A stretch of 64,000 nucleotides of DNA from Dehalococcoidia bacterium (GTDB lineage Bacteria; Chloroflexota; Dehalococcoidia; Plut-88900): positions 2,560,001 to 2,624,000 of the forward strand of contig OZ240215.1 of NCBI GenBank assembly GCA_965197585.1. Reading direction: 5' to 3'. The notes beneath the pieces were generated by a model that saw nothing but the letters and a program-made list of their open reading frames with translations, made no database searches and was not told where the DNA came from. Made by a program: the position numbers and the translations under genes. This document shows, one piece after another, positions 1-8,995 of the stretch; the first letter of the stretch is position 1; every line of letters starts with the position of its first letter.

Positions 1-314
1 GTCCCTCCCGTCGGGCCCATCACCCCTGTCGCCGAGACCGCCAGGTCCGACCCGATTAGCCGCCGAGCCCCTTTGGCCATCTCCCGCGCAGTCACCTCCG
101 ACACCGACCCCTCACGAATCATCACTTCTTTGGGAATGCCCAGTACGTTCTCTTTGATATCGTTGGCATACGCCAAAACGCCCCCAACAAAGAACCTCGA
201 ACTCCCCGGCACGCTGGTCAGCCTGGCCGCTATCAACCCCGAGGTACATGCCTCCGCCACGGACACCGTAAGTCCCCGCTCCTTCAGAATTCCCGCAACT
301 TCCTCTTCGATCAA
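1..314 (-). CDS. pncC: CinA C-terminal domain / nicotinamide mononucleotide deamidase PncC family protein (3' end outside window)
   Basis: Not in the ORF track. Manual translation from TTG at 314 (RBS GGGGGAG) gives ..LTVSVAEACTSGLIAARLTSVPGSSRFFVGGVLAYANDIKENVLG..GSVSEVTAREMAKGA..LAVSATGVMGP, matching the CinA/PncC motifs AESCTGG, PGSS, Y.N..K and S.TG.AGP. Confidence 0.85.
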   Translation of the reverse strand, partial: MIEEEVAGILKERGLTVSVAEACTSGLIAARLTSVPGSSRFFVGGVLAYANDIKENVLGIPKEVMIREGSVSEVTAREMAKGARRLIGSDLAVSATGVMGPTGG

Positions 315-418
315 ATCTCCCCCTTCAATGCCTGTTTCCTATTACCCCCAATTATAGCCCCCAAACCTCCCCCTTCCCCTTTCCGGCACCCCGTCCCGGA
401 GCCGTAATCGACCCCCAC

Positions 419-1030
419 CTAAGACCCCACCCCCACGCTGATATCTGTAGGCGTACCGCTATTCGTCGCATTCTGGTCCTGCGGACACGCCGACACACAC
501 ACCCAGCAGTCCATCTCTACCCTGAGCAGCACGTAGTCCCCCGCCTTAGTCTCCGGCGCCGCGATGTCCATCCTGCCGTCTATAAACACGCGGAAGTTGG
601 TGAACAGGTTAACGGGCTGCGGTATCTCCACTCCTGGCACCCCGATGGCCTCCATACTCTTCTGAAGGTTCTCCTCACAGCTGGCATGCCACCCCTCCAC
701 CCCCAACTCCCGGTACCTGCTGGGATTGCACGACGCGTATAGCAAGTCGTGAATTCCGGGGCTATGGTCCTCGACAAGCGTGAGGATAGGTCGGCGCTCC
801 TGGGTATAGAACGCATCACCTTCCTTCGGAAACAGCCTGGAAATGGAAGGCCTCGTATGCTCGGCGCTCAGGTACTCCTTTACGTTCTCCACGTTGAAGG
901 CAAACAGGTCCACGGCCTGCCCGCCATGCAGATCTATCACCTTAACCAGCTCCCCCTTACTTACCCGAAACGCCTTCCCTTCCCGAGCCGGTACATGGTA
1001 GTCCAACCGCTTCTGCGTTAGCTCCGTCAT
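419..1030 (-). CDS. Urea carboxylase-associated family protein (DUF1989)
   Basis: Motifs G.QAVDL, HDLLYASC, HASCEENL, P.NLF.N and SACPQD. Start MTELT has a GGAGG RBS. Confidence 0.85.
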   Translation of the reverse strand: MTELTQKRLDYHVPAREGKAFRVSKGELVKVIDLHGGQAVDLFAFNVENVKEYLSAEHTRPSISRLFPKEGDAFYTQERRPILTLVEDHSPGIHDLLYASCNPSRYRELGVEGWHASCEENLQKSMEAIGVPGVEIPQPVNLFTNFRVFIDGRMDIAAPETKAGDYVLLRVEMDCWVCVSACPQDQNATNSGTPTDISVGVGS

Positions 1031-1046
1031 ATGCAAACCTCCGTTT

Positions 1047-1142
1047 TTGACACAATTGTCCAACGCGCTTTATATTTCCCTTACCACCCCAGCGGTAGCA
1101 CCTCTGGGCCGACGTCCCCCCATGTGGGGGGCGTTTCTTTTT
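1047..1142 (+). ncRNA. Putative small RNA cassette, copy 1 (TTGACA-18nt-TATATT promoter, two hairpins, U-tract terminator)
   Basis: TTGACA 1047-1052, TATATT 1071-1076, hairpin cccag..ctggg, then GC hairpin gacgtcccccc..ggggggcgtt plus tcttttt. A homologous copy lies 850 nt downstream. Confidence 0.6.
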
Positions 1143-1225
1143 ACCCTTCCAAGACCTCACACTGATACCGGACCCGAATGCTTGTTGCTCAGTGCGGCAG
1201 GCGGTTACTGGTTTCTCCAAACTCT

Positions 1226-1849
1226 TTAGGCCCACTCCATCGGCCTCTCTAACACATATCCGTCGGCCTTGATGACCTTGCTAGGTAGCTGGTTGCCCCT
1301 TAGCACATTTCGGCCTATTGGCAAGTGTGCGGTTGCAGCCTTTCGGAGATTAGCCGAATGTCGGCCTGGCGGGAAAGCAACGACGACGCGTTTCTCGGGA
1401 TAGCGTGCCCGAACTTTACGCACCAGACCAGACATATCACCATCTGCGGATACGATAAGAGCCGTGTCAAACCTATTTGTTTGAGCATCGTCGAGCAGTT
1501 CGACAGCAATATTGACATCAGTCATTTTCTCTTCATAGGTTTGCCGATTCACTCCACAACTCGTGCAGTACTGGTCTTTGACCATGTAATACCCATAGTG
1601 GATTTGTAGGTCCGGAAGAGTCGCCAAGGCCTCCCAATAGGTAGTCTGTCGCTTCGGTTTACTCGGGTTGCCCGGCTCGGCAAAAACTCTTGCGGTGAAG
1701 TATCGTACTATCACTAGATGTTGTCCGGGCTTCATGAGGTTCTCGGACATTCGCCTGAGATCAAGCCAGTAATACCGCTTCCATCTCTTGGCTCTGAGAC
1801 CATAGTACAGGTTGAATCCATCTACATAGACAGCTACCCTTTCTGCCAA
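1226..1849 (-). CDS. NYN domain (LabA/DUF88, PIN-like) putative ribonuclease
   Basis: Motifs VYVDGFNLY, EKMTDVNIA and IVSADGDM carry the NYN acidic catalytic residues. TTG start at 1849 preferred; the ORF track extends to 1912. Confidence 0.9.
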   Translation of the reverse strand: MAERVAVYVDGFNLYYGLRAKRWKRYYWLDLRRMSENLMKPGQHLVIVRYFTARVFAEPGNPSKPKRQTTYWEALATLPDLQIHYGYYMVKDQYCTSCGVNRQTYEEKMTDVNIAVELLDDAQTNRFDTALIVSADGDMSGLVRKVRARYPEKRVVVAFPPGRHSANLRKAATAHLPIGRNVLRGNQLPSKVIKADGYVLERPMEWA

Positions 1850-1896
1850 AATTCTACCTTTAACATGATGTAAAGTTGCTTGTTCCACCCGTGCTC

Positions 1897-1992
1897 TTGA
1901 CACAATTATCACATGTGCAGTACATTTGCCTTACCACCCCAGCACTAGCACTGCTGGGCCGACGTCCCCAAATATGGGGACGTCTCTTTTTT
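1897..1992 (+). ncRNA. Putative small RNA cassette, copy 2, divergent from the NYN gene
   Basis: TTGACA 1897-1902, TACATT 1921-1926, hairpin cccagca..tgctggg, then perfect 10-bp hairpin gacgtcccca-aata-tggggacgtc plus tctttttt. Confidence 0.65.
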
Positions 1993-2146
1993 GCCCCCAA
2001 GCTCTCCCATCGGCATCTACTCTATCACTACGGTCTAGTCTATCCGAATCCCCGTTCTCACCCCTCACCCCCTCACCCATCCCGATAACCTCACCAACAC
2101 TTTTCAGACATCCTTTCCTACCTACCTAGCATCCCACTCTTAACTG

Positions 2147-2174
2147 TGTCATCCCGAGGCCCCGCGAGGGATCT
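2147..2174. repeat. REP-like dispersed palindromic repeat (family A)
   Basis: tgtcatcccgaggccccgcgagggatct, nearly identical to 25847-25874. Confidence 0.6.
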
Positions 2175-2718
2175 AGGACTTGCCCAACCACCCCCCGTAC
2201 GACCACTCCCTCGTGGTTAACCTCCCCACTCCCCACGCATCAAAGAAACACCAAATGTGACACCATCCCCTTGACTCCATCAGACCATACGTACTAACTT
2301 ACTCTCGATTCCCGTCTGCACAGCCGACTCCCCACCGCCGTCATCATTACCTCTTCTTTTCGAACGGTTTTCCCTCCGACCCAACAACCCCATACATCTA
2401 ATCCTGAAGGACCTTGCCCAATTCATAAGCTCCAGCCGCCATTTCGCCCCCCTCTCCCCTGGGAATTTCTCCATTTACGACAAATGAATCAAAGTCTCTC
2501 CGACAAGCAGACAATCAGAATTCGTGCCTGCTGCCCGCAAACAATCAAACACAAAGCTGATTCCTTTGATTGCCCCCGCAAGCTTTGATAGTAGTATGTC
2601 AACTTGCCCCTCACCCCCCATCCGCGTAAACTACCTCCGGATCGCTTATATAACATTACTTGATACGTGCAATAACAGATTGCATGAGTCCACGGCTCGG
2701 CCTGGACCCCTCAGGAGA

Positions 2719-2952
2719 ATGGACACAGGAGAAGACATCGCCATAGCCGACCATTGGGACGCCGGTCACATGGGCTGCGGTGAGGTAATCATCATGCTCA
2801 GGATGCGGTTTCAACCCCTCGCTCCTGGCCAGGTCTTCAAACTCACCACCCAGGACCTGGGCGCCCACGAAGACATCCCCGCCTGGTGCCGGCTCACGAG
2901 TCGGCGCCTCCTCAAAGCCGACCACCCCCACTACTGGATCGAGCAGAAATAG
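2719..2952 (+). CDS. TusA/SirA-like sulfur carrier protein
   Basis: 77 aa with WDAGHMGCGE..L.PG.V......D.GA.EDIPAWC, a TusA fold with CG in place of CP. Confidence 0.8.
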   Translation: MDTGEDIAIADHWDAGHMGCGEVIIMLRMRFQPLAPGQVFKLTTQDLGAHEDIPAWCRLTSRRLLKADHPHYWIEQK

Positions 2953-2970
2953 ACCCTGGAAGGAGTCAAC

Positions 2971-3333
2971 ATGTCCGGAAAGTTCTGCGTCAGCCTCACC
3001 CATGCCAAGGACAACACCGACAAAGCTACCGTGGCCTTCGTCATAGCCAACGCTGCCCTCGGTTCGGAGAAGGAGACCATGGTCTTCCTCAGCACCGAGG
3101 GAGTTCGTGTTGCCGAGAAGGGTTATGCCGACGACATCAACGAGGAAGGGTTCATGCCTCTCAAGGATCTGATGGACAGCTTCGCCGCATTCGGTGGTGA
3201 TATCTACGTCTGTGCACCGTGTTTCAAGAAGCGTGGCCTCGACGAGAACAACCTCGTTGACGGGGCCACGATAGTCGGTGGCGCAAAGCTCGTAGAGTTC
3301 CTCTCCGACAACAGCCCTGCCGTCTCCTACTGA
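2971..3333 (+). CDS. DsrE/DsrF-like family protein
   Basis: Motifs FLSTEGV and IYVCAPCFKKRG...L..G; strong GGAG RBS. Confidence 0.85.
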   Translation: MSGKFCVSLTHAKDNTDKATVAFVIANAALGSEKETMVFLSTEGVRVAEKGYADDINEEGFMPLKDLMDSFAAFGGDIYVCAPCFKKRGLDENNLVDGATIVGGAKLVEFLSDNSPAVSY

Positions 3334-3354
3334 CCTCCCGCACCCGAGCCACTA

Positions 3355-4875
3355 ATGGACCCCATCGAACGTCACGTATACCAGCCCGACGCCAGCTTCG
3401 ACGGCGGTGACCTCGATTGCGGCGGCGGCCTCCTTCTGCTCATCCGCCGTCACATCGACCCTATGGAGCGCGGCGGCCTCCTCGAAATCCTCTCCACCGA
3501 CTCCACAGTCGAAGTCGAGCTTCCCGCCTGGTGCCGCATGACCAGCAACGAGATGGTCTCCTGGACCAAGGGGAACGGGCAACGCAGCTTCCTGGTCTGC
3601 AAGGGTCCTTTGGAAGAGCACCCAGCCACGGTCACCCTCCCACCTCCCGCCTCCATAGGCGAACAGCTGCGCGTGAAGATCACAATCCCCGACTCCCTCC
3701 CCCCGCCCTCCCCCGCCCCCAGTATCGCACCGCTGTCCGTCATGGGCATCGGGAGCTGGCCCCGGCCCCGCTGGATGCTCCAGGCAGTCCACGACAGGCT
3801 CGAAGGCCGCCTCAATGACGACGACTTCCAGGCCACCGCTGACGACGCCGCCCGACTCTCCATCGACGCCCAACTTCGCGCCGGTGTCGACGTGGTCACC
3901 GACGGCGAGCAGCGCCGCGACAACTATGCCAGCTTCGTAGGCGGCCTCCTCGACAACTGCCAGCTCATCCCTCTCACCGACCTCACCGCCATGGTCGACG
4001 ACCCCGAGAAGTTCGAGAAGGACCTGCGCGCCCTTGACGTGCCCGCCGGCGAGGTGCGACACCCTGTCGTCTACGGCAAGCTCGGCAGAAGCAGTCCCCT
4101 CGCCGTCCACGAGCTTGAATTCGCCGCCAAATGCACCGACAGGCCCATCAAGGTCGCCCTCCCCGGCCCCTACCTACTCATCCGTACCATGTGGCTTGAC
4201 TGTCTTACCGACCTCCCCTACGAGACCCGTGAAGACCTAGCCCGAGACGTCGTACGAGTCCTCCGCGAAGAGCTCCACTTCCTCCTCGCCTCCGGCGCAG
4301 CCCTAGTCCAGTTCGACGAACCCGTCCTCACCGAGGTCGTATTCGGCGCCCCAAGCGGCAACCGCACTTTCATGTGCGGGGCCCTCAGCGAAAAGCTGGC
4401 CCCTGCCGCAGAGCTTGATTTCGCCGCAGGCCTCCTTAACGACGTCGTCACCGGCCTCCCACCCGACCGCCTCGGCCTCCATATCTGCCGCGGCAACTGG
4501 ACCCGAGACGAGTCCGCCGCACTCTCCGGCGACTACCGCCCCCTCCTCGACCTCCTCAACAGGGTCAAGGTTGGGACCCTACTCCTGGAGCTCTCAACCC
4601 CCCGTGCCGGTGAAGCTGCAGTCTTGCGTTCTCTCCCCGAGGACAAGCGCATAGCCATCGGTGTCGTCAATCAGAAGCTCGACGCCGTAGAACGTCCCGA
4701 GGACATCCGCCGGAGCATAGACCTCGGCATCGACCTCTTCGGAAGGGAGCGCCTTATCCTCACCCCCGACTGCGGCTTCGCCACATTCGCCGACAACCCC
4801 GTCGCCTCCGCCACCACCGCCGAGGCCAAGCTCCGGGCCATAGCCCAGGCCCGGGAACTGGTTCCGGCGTCATGA
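3355..4875 (+). CDS. Fusion of an N-terminal TusA-like domain and a cobalamin-independent methionine synthase II (MetE C-terminal-like) Zn domain
   Basis: N-terminal FDGGDLDCGGG..ELPAWC, Pro-rich linker, then IGSWPRP, DGEQRR, QFDEP, HICRGN, LELS and PDCGF (Zn ligands H, C, E, C). Confidence 0.85.
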   Translation: MDPIERHVYQPDASFDGGDLDCGGGLLLLIRRHIDPMERGGLLEILSTDSTVEVELPAWCRMTSNEMVSWTKGNGQRSFLVCKGPLEEHPATVTLPPPASIGEQLRVKITIPDSLPPPSPAPSIAPLSVMGIGSWPRPRWMLQAVHDRLEGRLNDDDFQATADDAARLSIDAQLRAGVDVVTDGEQRRDNYASFVGGLLDNCQLIPLTDLTAMVDDPEKFEKDLRALDVPAGEVRHPVVYGKLGRSSPLAVHELEFAAKCTDRPIKVALPGPYLLIRTMWLDCLTDLPYETREDLARDVVRVLREELHFLLASGAALVQFDEPVLTEVVFGAPSGNRTFMCGALSEKLAPAAELDFAAGLLNDVVTGLPPDRLGLHICRGNWTRDESAALSGDYRPLLDLLNRVKVGTLLLELSTPRAGEAAVLRSLPEDKRIAIGVVNQKLDAVERPEDIRRSIDLGIDLFGRERLILTPDCGFATFADNPVASATTAEAKLRAIAQARELVPAS

Positions 4876-5582
4876 CCGGCCCGGCTGGCCCTCCACCCAC
4901 CGACGACGAGGCCATCCAGGTCCAGGGCTATCAGCGGTTCCGTGCCCCGGAAGGCCACACCGGCCAGGGAATCCTGATAAACACCTCCCGCGGCAGCATA
5001 TTCAGCCTTTTTCACCCCACCGAGACCATGGACGCCGCCGTACTCTGGGTCTGGGGCGCCCGAGGAGGCGTCACCGGCCCCGCCGACAGCATCTACGTCC
5101 GCCTCGCCGAGCGCCTCGCCAGTCAAGGCATAGCCTCCCTCAGGCTCGACTACCGTTTACCCAATGACCTCTACGAATGCGTCCTGGACACCCTCGCCGG
5201 GACAACCCTGCTGCTGGGTGTTGGCTTTAAGCGATTGGCCCTGGTTGGCCATTCCTTCGGAGGGGCCGTGGTAATAGCCGCCGCACCTTACAATGACAAG
5301 ATAGTAGCCGTCGTAGGTTTATCCAGCCAAAGCGCAGGTGCGCAGCGTGTTTCGGAAGTCGCCCCCAGGCCTCTTCTCCTCGTCCACGGCGCAGACGACG
5401 CCATAATCCCAGTCCGTGCCTCCCAGTTCATCTACGACCTGGCCGATCAACCCAAGGAACTGCGCTACTTTCAGGGCGCGGGCCACGGCCTGAACGAGTG
5501 CCGTGAAGAGCTGGAGGAACTGCTCCACGGCTGGCTCCGGGAGAAGCTGGCCCCGCCAACCGTCGACTCCGCACCTGCCTGA
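4872..5582 (+). CDS. Alpha/beta hydrolase
   Basis: GHSFG nucleophile elbow, HGADD and GAGH complete a Ser-Asp-His triad. ATGA overlap with the upstream gene. Confidence 0.85.
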   Translation: MTGPAGPPPTDDEAIQVQGYQRFRAPEGHTGQGILINTSRGSIFSLFHPTETMDAAVLWVWGARGGVTGPADSIYVRLAERLASQGIASLRLDYRLPNDLYECVLDTLAGTTLLLGVGFKRLALVGHSFGGAVVIAAAPYNDKIVAVVGLSSQSAGAQRVSEVAPRPLLLVHGADDAIIPVRASQFIYDLADQPKELRYFQGAGHGLNECREELEELLHGWLREKLAPPTVDSAPA

Positions 5583-5681
5583 CTAACAACCTGGCATTAC
5601 AAGAAATGCGATGCATCTCTTGATCCAGTAAGTATCTCTTCGGGTATAGGCAACGGGATCCCCGCACCCTATGGGTGGTGT

Positions 5682-5711
5682 CCGTTCGCCCTGAGAGTAG
5701 TCGAAGGGTCT
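5682..5711. repeat. REP-like dispersed repeat (family B)
   Basis: ccgttcgccctgagagtagtcgaagggtct; a reverse-complement copy is at 19419-19449. Confidence 0.55.
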
Positions 5712-5740
5712 AAAGAACGGACGGGGCCGGATCCCCCTCC

Positions 5741-6988
5741 CTACCCCTCCTGATTGCACACGTCCAGTGCCGTTGCCGCCATCGCCTTGGCGCAGGTAAC
5801 CATGTCGCTGATGCGGACGTAGTGGTCTGGTTCGTCTTCCCGTGCATCCCAATCGCCCCCTGGCCCGTACAGCACGCACGGGATGCCCGCCTTCCACAAG
5901 TGGGTAGTGTCATTCCCCGAGTAAGAGTTGGGAGTCTTGCTCCCGACGTAAGCCAACTCGCCCCCCGTGACCGCCCTGAACCCCCGAGCCACCGCTTTCA
6001 CAATCTCCTCGTCCGTGGGCATGTTCATCGGCTCCATCACCGTGCGAAGCACCCGATAATCCGCTGGTGGCGGCATCTCGATCTCATAGTCGAACTCGGG
6101 GTCCGAGGCCTTGACCGCATCCAGGGCCCGACGCACCTCCTCTAGGACTCCCGACGATGTTTGACCCGGGACCATGCGCCCGTCCACCAGCGCCGTGCAG
6201 AAGTCAGGCACGAAGTTCGGGCCGTTTATCACATGGTTCCTCCCCTGTCCCCCGATCACCGCTCCAACGTGTAGCCGAGGTAAGGATGGCAGGGCCGCGA
6301 ACGGTGTATGCGACAGCTCCAGCCCGTTTATCGCCTCAATGGCCTTGGACATCTTCTGAATTGCGTTGATGCCGCTCTCTTTCTGGCTTATGTGCCGAGA
6401 CTCGCCCAGCACGTGCACCGCCATCTCCAGCCATCCTGCGTGCACAGTGAGAACGGTGTCCGCGTCGTTCGGTTCCGCCACTATCGCCATGTCGGGGCGG
6501 TAGCCGTGCTCCAGGGCATACTCCGTCCCCACCCCACCCTGCAGCTCCCCGACAACACACGCCACCTGCAGGTCTCCCTTGAGCGACGCCTTCGCCCGGC
6601 GAATCGCCTCGGCCGCCGCCACTATCGACGCAACACCGCCCTTCATGTTGTATATCCCCGCCCCGTACAGCCGGTCACCTTCCACCGAGGACTTCCACGG
6701 GTCACGCTTCCAACCCATTGAAAGCGGGTCCTGGTCTATGTGCCCGTTCAACATCAGGGTTTTCCCGCCCCCCGTGCCCCGCAGCGTCGCGATTACCTGG
6801 TACCGGCCCGGGTCCACCTCTTGAAGGTCGACCTCATATCCCCATCGCCGGAAGTTCGACGCCAGGAACAGCGCTATCTGAGATTCCTCGGTCTTGAAGC
6901 TCGGTATGTCGATTAGCTTCTTCGCAAGCCCGACAACCCAATCTTCCTTCACCCGATTCGTTACTCTGTCTAAAGTTGTTGCAGCCAT
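5741..6988 (-). CDS. M20/ArgE-DapE family metallo-amidohydrolase (paralogue 3)
   Basis: Motifs LNGHID, YGAG..NMKGG, GELQGG and AEP. Confidence 0.9.
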   Translation of the reverse strand: MAATTLDRVTNRVKEDWVVGLAKKLIDIPSFKTEESQIALFLASNFRRWGYEVDLQEVDPGRYQVIATLRGTGGGKTLMLNGHIDQDPLSMGWKRDPWKSSVEGDRLYGAGIYNMKGGVASIVAAAEAIRRAKASLKGDLQVACVVGELQGGVGTEYALEHGYRPDMAIVAEPNDADTVLTVHAGWLEMAVHVLGESRHISQKESGINAIQKMSKAIEAINGLELSHTPFAALPSLPRLHVGAVIGGQGRNHVINGPNFVPDFCTALVDGRMVPGQTSSGVLEEVRRALDAVKASDPEFDYEIEMPPPADYRVLRTVMEPMNMPTDEEIVKAVARGFRAVTGGELAYVGSKTPNSYSGNDTTHLWKAGIPCVLYGPGGDWDAREDEPDHYVRISDMVTCAKAMAATALDVCNQEG

Positions 6989-7003
6989 TCTCGATCTCCC
7001 CGG

Positions 7004-8248
7004 CTAGGCCGGCAGGTTACAGACTTCAAGCGCCGTTAGGGCGTGGGTCTTTGCGCACTCGACCATTTCGCTCACGTTGACAAACGTGTCGGCCTCTCCA
7101 CCGAGCGACCTGTCGCCCCCCGGCCCGTTCAGGACACACGGGATGCCCGCCTTCCACAAGTGGCACGTATCGTTGCCCGCATAAGAGCGAGGCAGTATCG
7201 CCCCGACGTTCTCGGGTGGCGCCCCCATGTGCCCTTCAATCGCCCGAGCCACCGCCCCGACTATGTACTCATCCTTCGGGATGTCCACCGGGTCCATGGT
7301 CACGGCTACCCCCTTATATCTCGCAGGCGGCGGTATGACCAGCTCCCATTTCAGTTCCGGGTCCTCGGCGCTCAGGCCGTCCATGACCTTCCTCACGTCC
7401 TCCTCCACGCTCTCGGCGGTCTGGCCGGGGACTATGCGCACGTCCCAGATGGAGGTGCAGAAGTCGCTCACGTAGTTGGGACCCTTCAGGTCATGGTCTC
7501 GGCCCCGACCCCCGATAATTGCCCCACAGTTTATCCTCGGCAGCCCCGGCAGTTCGGGGTGCGGCGTATGCCTCAGTTCGACTTTGTCCACCGCATCGAT
7601 CACCTTCATCATCTTCCCAATCGCGTCGACCGCCTCTTCCCTCACCGTGATGTGCTTGGAGTACCCCAGGACGTTGATCGCCATCCCGATAACTCCGGCA
7701 TGGATAGTCATGATAGTCTTCGACCCGAAGGGCTCGGCTACAATGGCCATGTCCGCCGTCACCCCGCTTTCGAGAGCGTGGACCGTCCCCACCCCTCCCT
7801 GCAGCTCTCCCACCACGCACGCCACTACTATGTCTCCCTTAAGCTCCACCTTAGACTTACGAATAGCCTCCGTCGCCGATATCATCGAAGCGACTCCACC
7901 CTTCATGTTGAAGGCTCCACCCCCGTACAGCCGGTCCCCTTCCCAGCTGGGCGTCCACGGGTTCCGTTTCCAGCCCATCGCCAGCGGGTCGATGTCTATG
8001 TGCCCGTTCAACATCAGGCTCTTCCCCCCACCCGACCCCTTAAGCGTAGCTATGGTCTGATACCGCCCCGGCTCCACTTCCTGTAGATCGACCTCATATC
8101 CCCTCCGCCGGAAGTACGTGGCGAGATACTTGGCTACCTTCTGCTCTTCCGTCTTGAAGCTCGGTATGCGGAGGATCCTGCTGCACAGGTCCACCACCTC
8201 CCGATCCTTGATCTTTCCCAGAACCCTATCCTTCACTGCTGCATCCAT
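7004..8248 (-). CDS. M20/ArgE-DapE family metallo-amidohydrolase (paralogue 2)
   Basis: Same motifs; closely similar to the neighbouring paralogues. Confidence 0.9.
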   Translation of the reverse strand: MDAAVKDRVLGKIKDREVVDLCSRILRIPSFKTEEQKVAKYLATYFRRRGYEVDLQEVEPGRYQTIATLKGSGGGKSLMLNGHIDIDPLAMGWKRNPWTPSWEGDRLYGGGAFNMKGGVASMISATEAIRKSKVELKGDIVVACVVGELQGGVGTVHALESGVTADMAIVAEPFGSKTIMTIHAGVIGMAINVLGYSKHITVREEAVDAIGKMMKVIDAVDKVELRHTPHPELPGLPRINCGAIIGGRGRDHDLKGPNYVSDFCTSIWDVRIVPGQTAESVEEDVRKVMDGLSAEDPELKWELVIPPPARYKGVAVTMDPVDIPKDEYIVGAVARAIEGHMGAPPENVGAILPRSYAGNDTCHLWKAGIPCVLNGPGGDRSLGGEADTFVNVSEMVECAKTHALTALEVCNLPA

Positions 8249-8291
8249 CGGTTTCTCCGTAAGCTATTGGGCTGGCAGCCTCACTCACCCG

Positions 8292-8978
8292 TTATTCTTC
8301 TACCTTTGTGACCGGTTTTGACAACTTTTCCTTCAACGGATTTGTTGGCCTGACGGGATACAAAGAGTCTAGGCTTTCCAATTCCGAGAGCACCTTCACC
8401 AAAGCACGACGCGTGGTAGGCCTGCAACCCTGTATCGCCTTAATCAGTTCCCGAACGGTTTTGTCGCTAGTCTCCTTCTTATTTTGTGCGAAGTCGTTTT
8501 GCGCATAGTTGATGGAAAACTTATCCATGCTGGTCAGCGACCCGAATTTGGGACGCCACCAAGTGGGACACAAATTCAGAAGGTCGACTTCTTCCCTAAC
8601 CGTAATCACCACCACGTCAACGCCTCGCTTGCGTAGAGTATCCAATTTCCGGCATTTCTCTTCGCTGGGCGGACTGCTGACAACCACTTCGATGATTCTG
8701 AGCGGCTTGACTTCGTCGTCGCCGTAGAGGATGAGATCAGGCACGATGCCTCCCACACTGTCCCACTCCGGGTCTGGAACCTTGACACTCCCAACTCCGG
8801 CCCGCAGGTCGTGCGACAGCTCCCCGTCCGGTTCAAGTCTCGCCCGAATCTCCTCTCCCCTATCTAAGTCAGGGCGCGTCAACTCGTCGTAGAGCAGAGC
8901 TACAGCCCGTTCGTGCAGAGCACTGACAGGCCAAGCCTGCGTTCCGACATTCCTGGCCATGTCCCCGTTCTCGCTCAT
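8292..8978 (-). CDS. Hypothetical protein with a possible PD-(D/E)XK nuclease-like fold
   Basis: IVPDLILY....P..IIEVVVS resembles the PD..E.x motif. The gene sits between M20 paralogues. Confidence 0.5.
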   Translation of the reverse strand: MSENGDMARNVGTQAWPVSALHERAVALLYDELTRPDLDRGEEIRARLEPDGELSHDLRAGVGSVKVPDPEWDSVGGIVPDLILYGDDEVKPLRIIEVVVSSPPSEEKCRKLDTLRKRGVDVVVITVREEVDLLNLCPTWWRPKFGSLTSMDKFSINYAQNDFAQNKKETSDKTVRELIKAIQGCRPTTRRALVKVLSELESLDSLYPVRPTNPLKEKLSKPVTKVEE

Positions 8979-8995
8979 TGGGATACCCCCCTCCC

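Noticed and set aside
2280-2474. 64-aa ORF between NYN and the TusA operon
   Set aside because: No motif or convincing coding signal; likely spurious or a remnant.
3352-4110. Long antisense ORFs here and at 7043-8086, 24607-25764, 37112-38488, 48134-49567 and 61307-62257
   Set aside because: These are shadow frames of well-supported genes in GC-rich DNA and have no family motifs.
3355-4875. Calling this gene metE
   Set aside because: It lacks the N-terminal folate-binding barrel and carries a TusA domain, so the function is uncertain.
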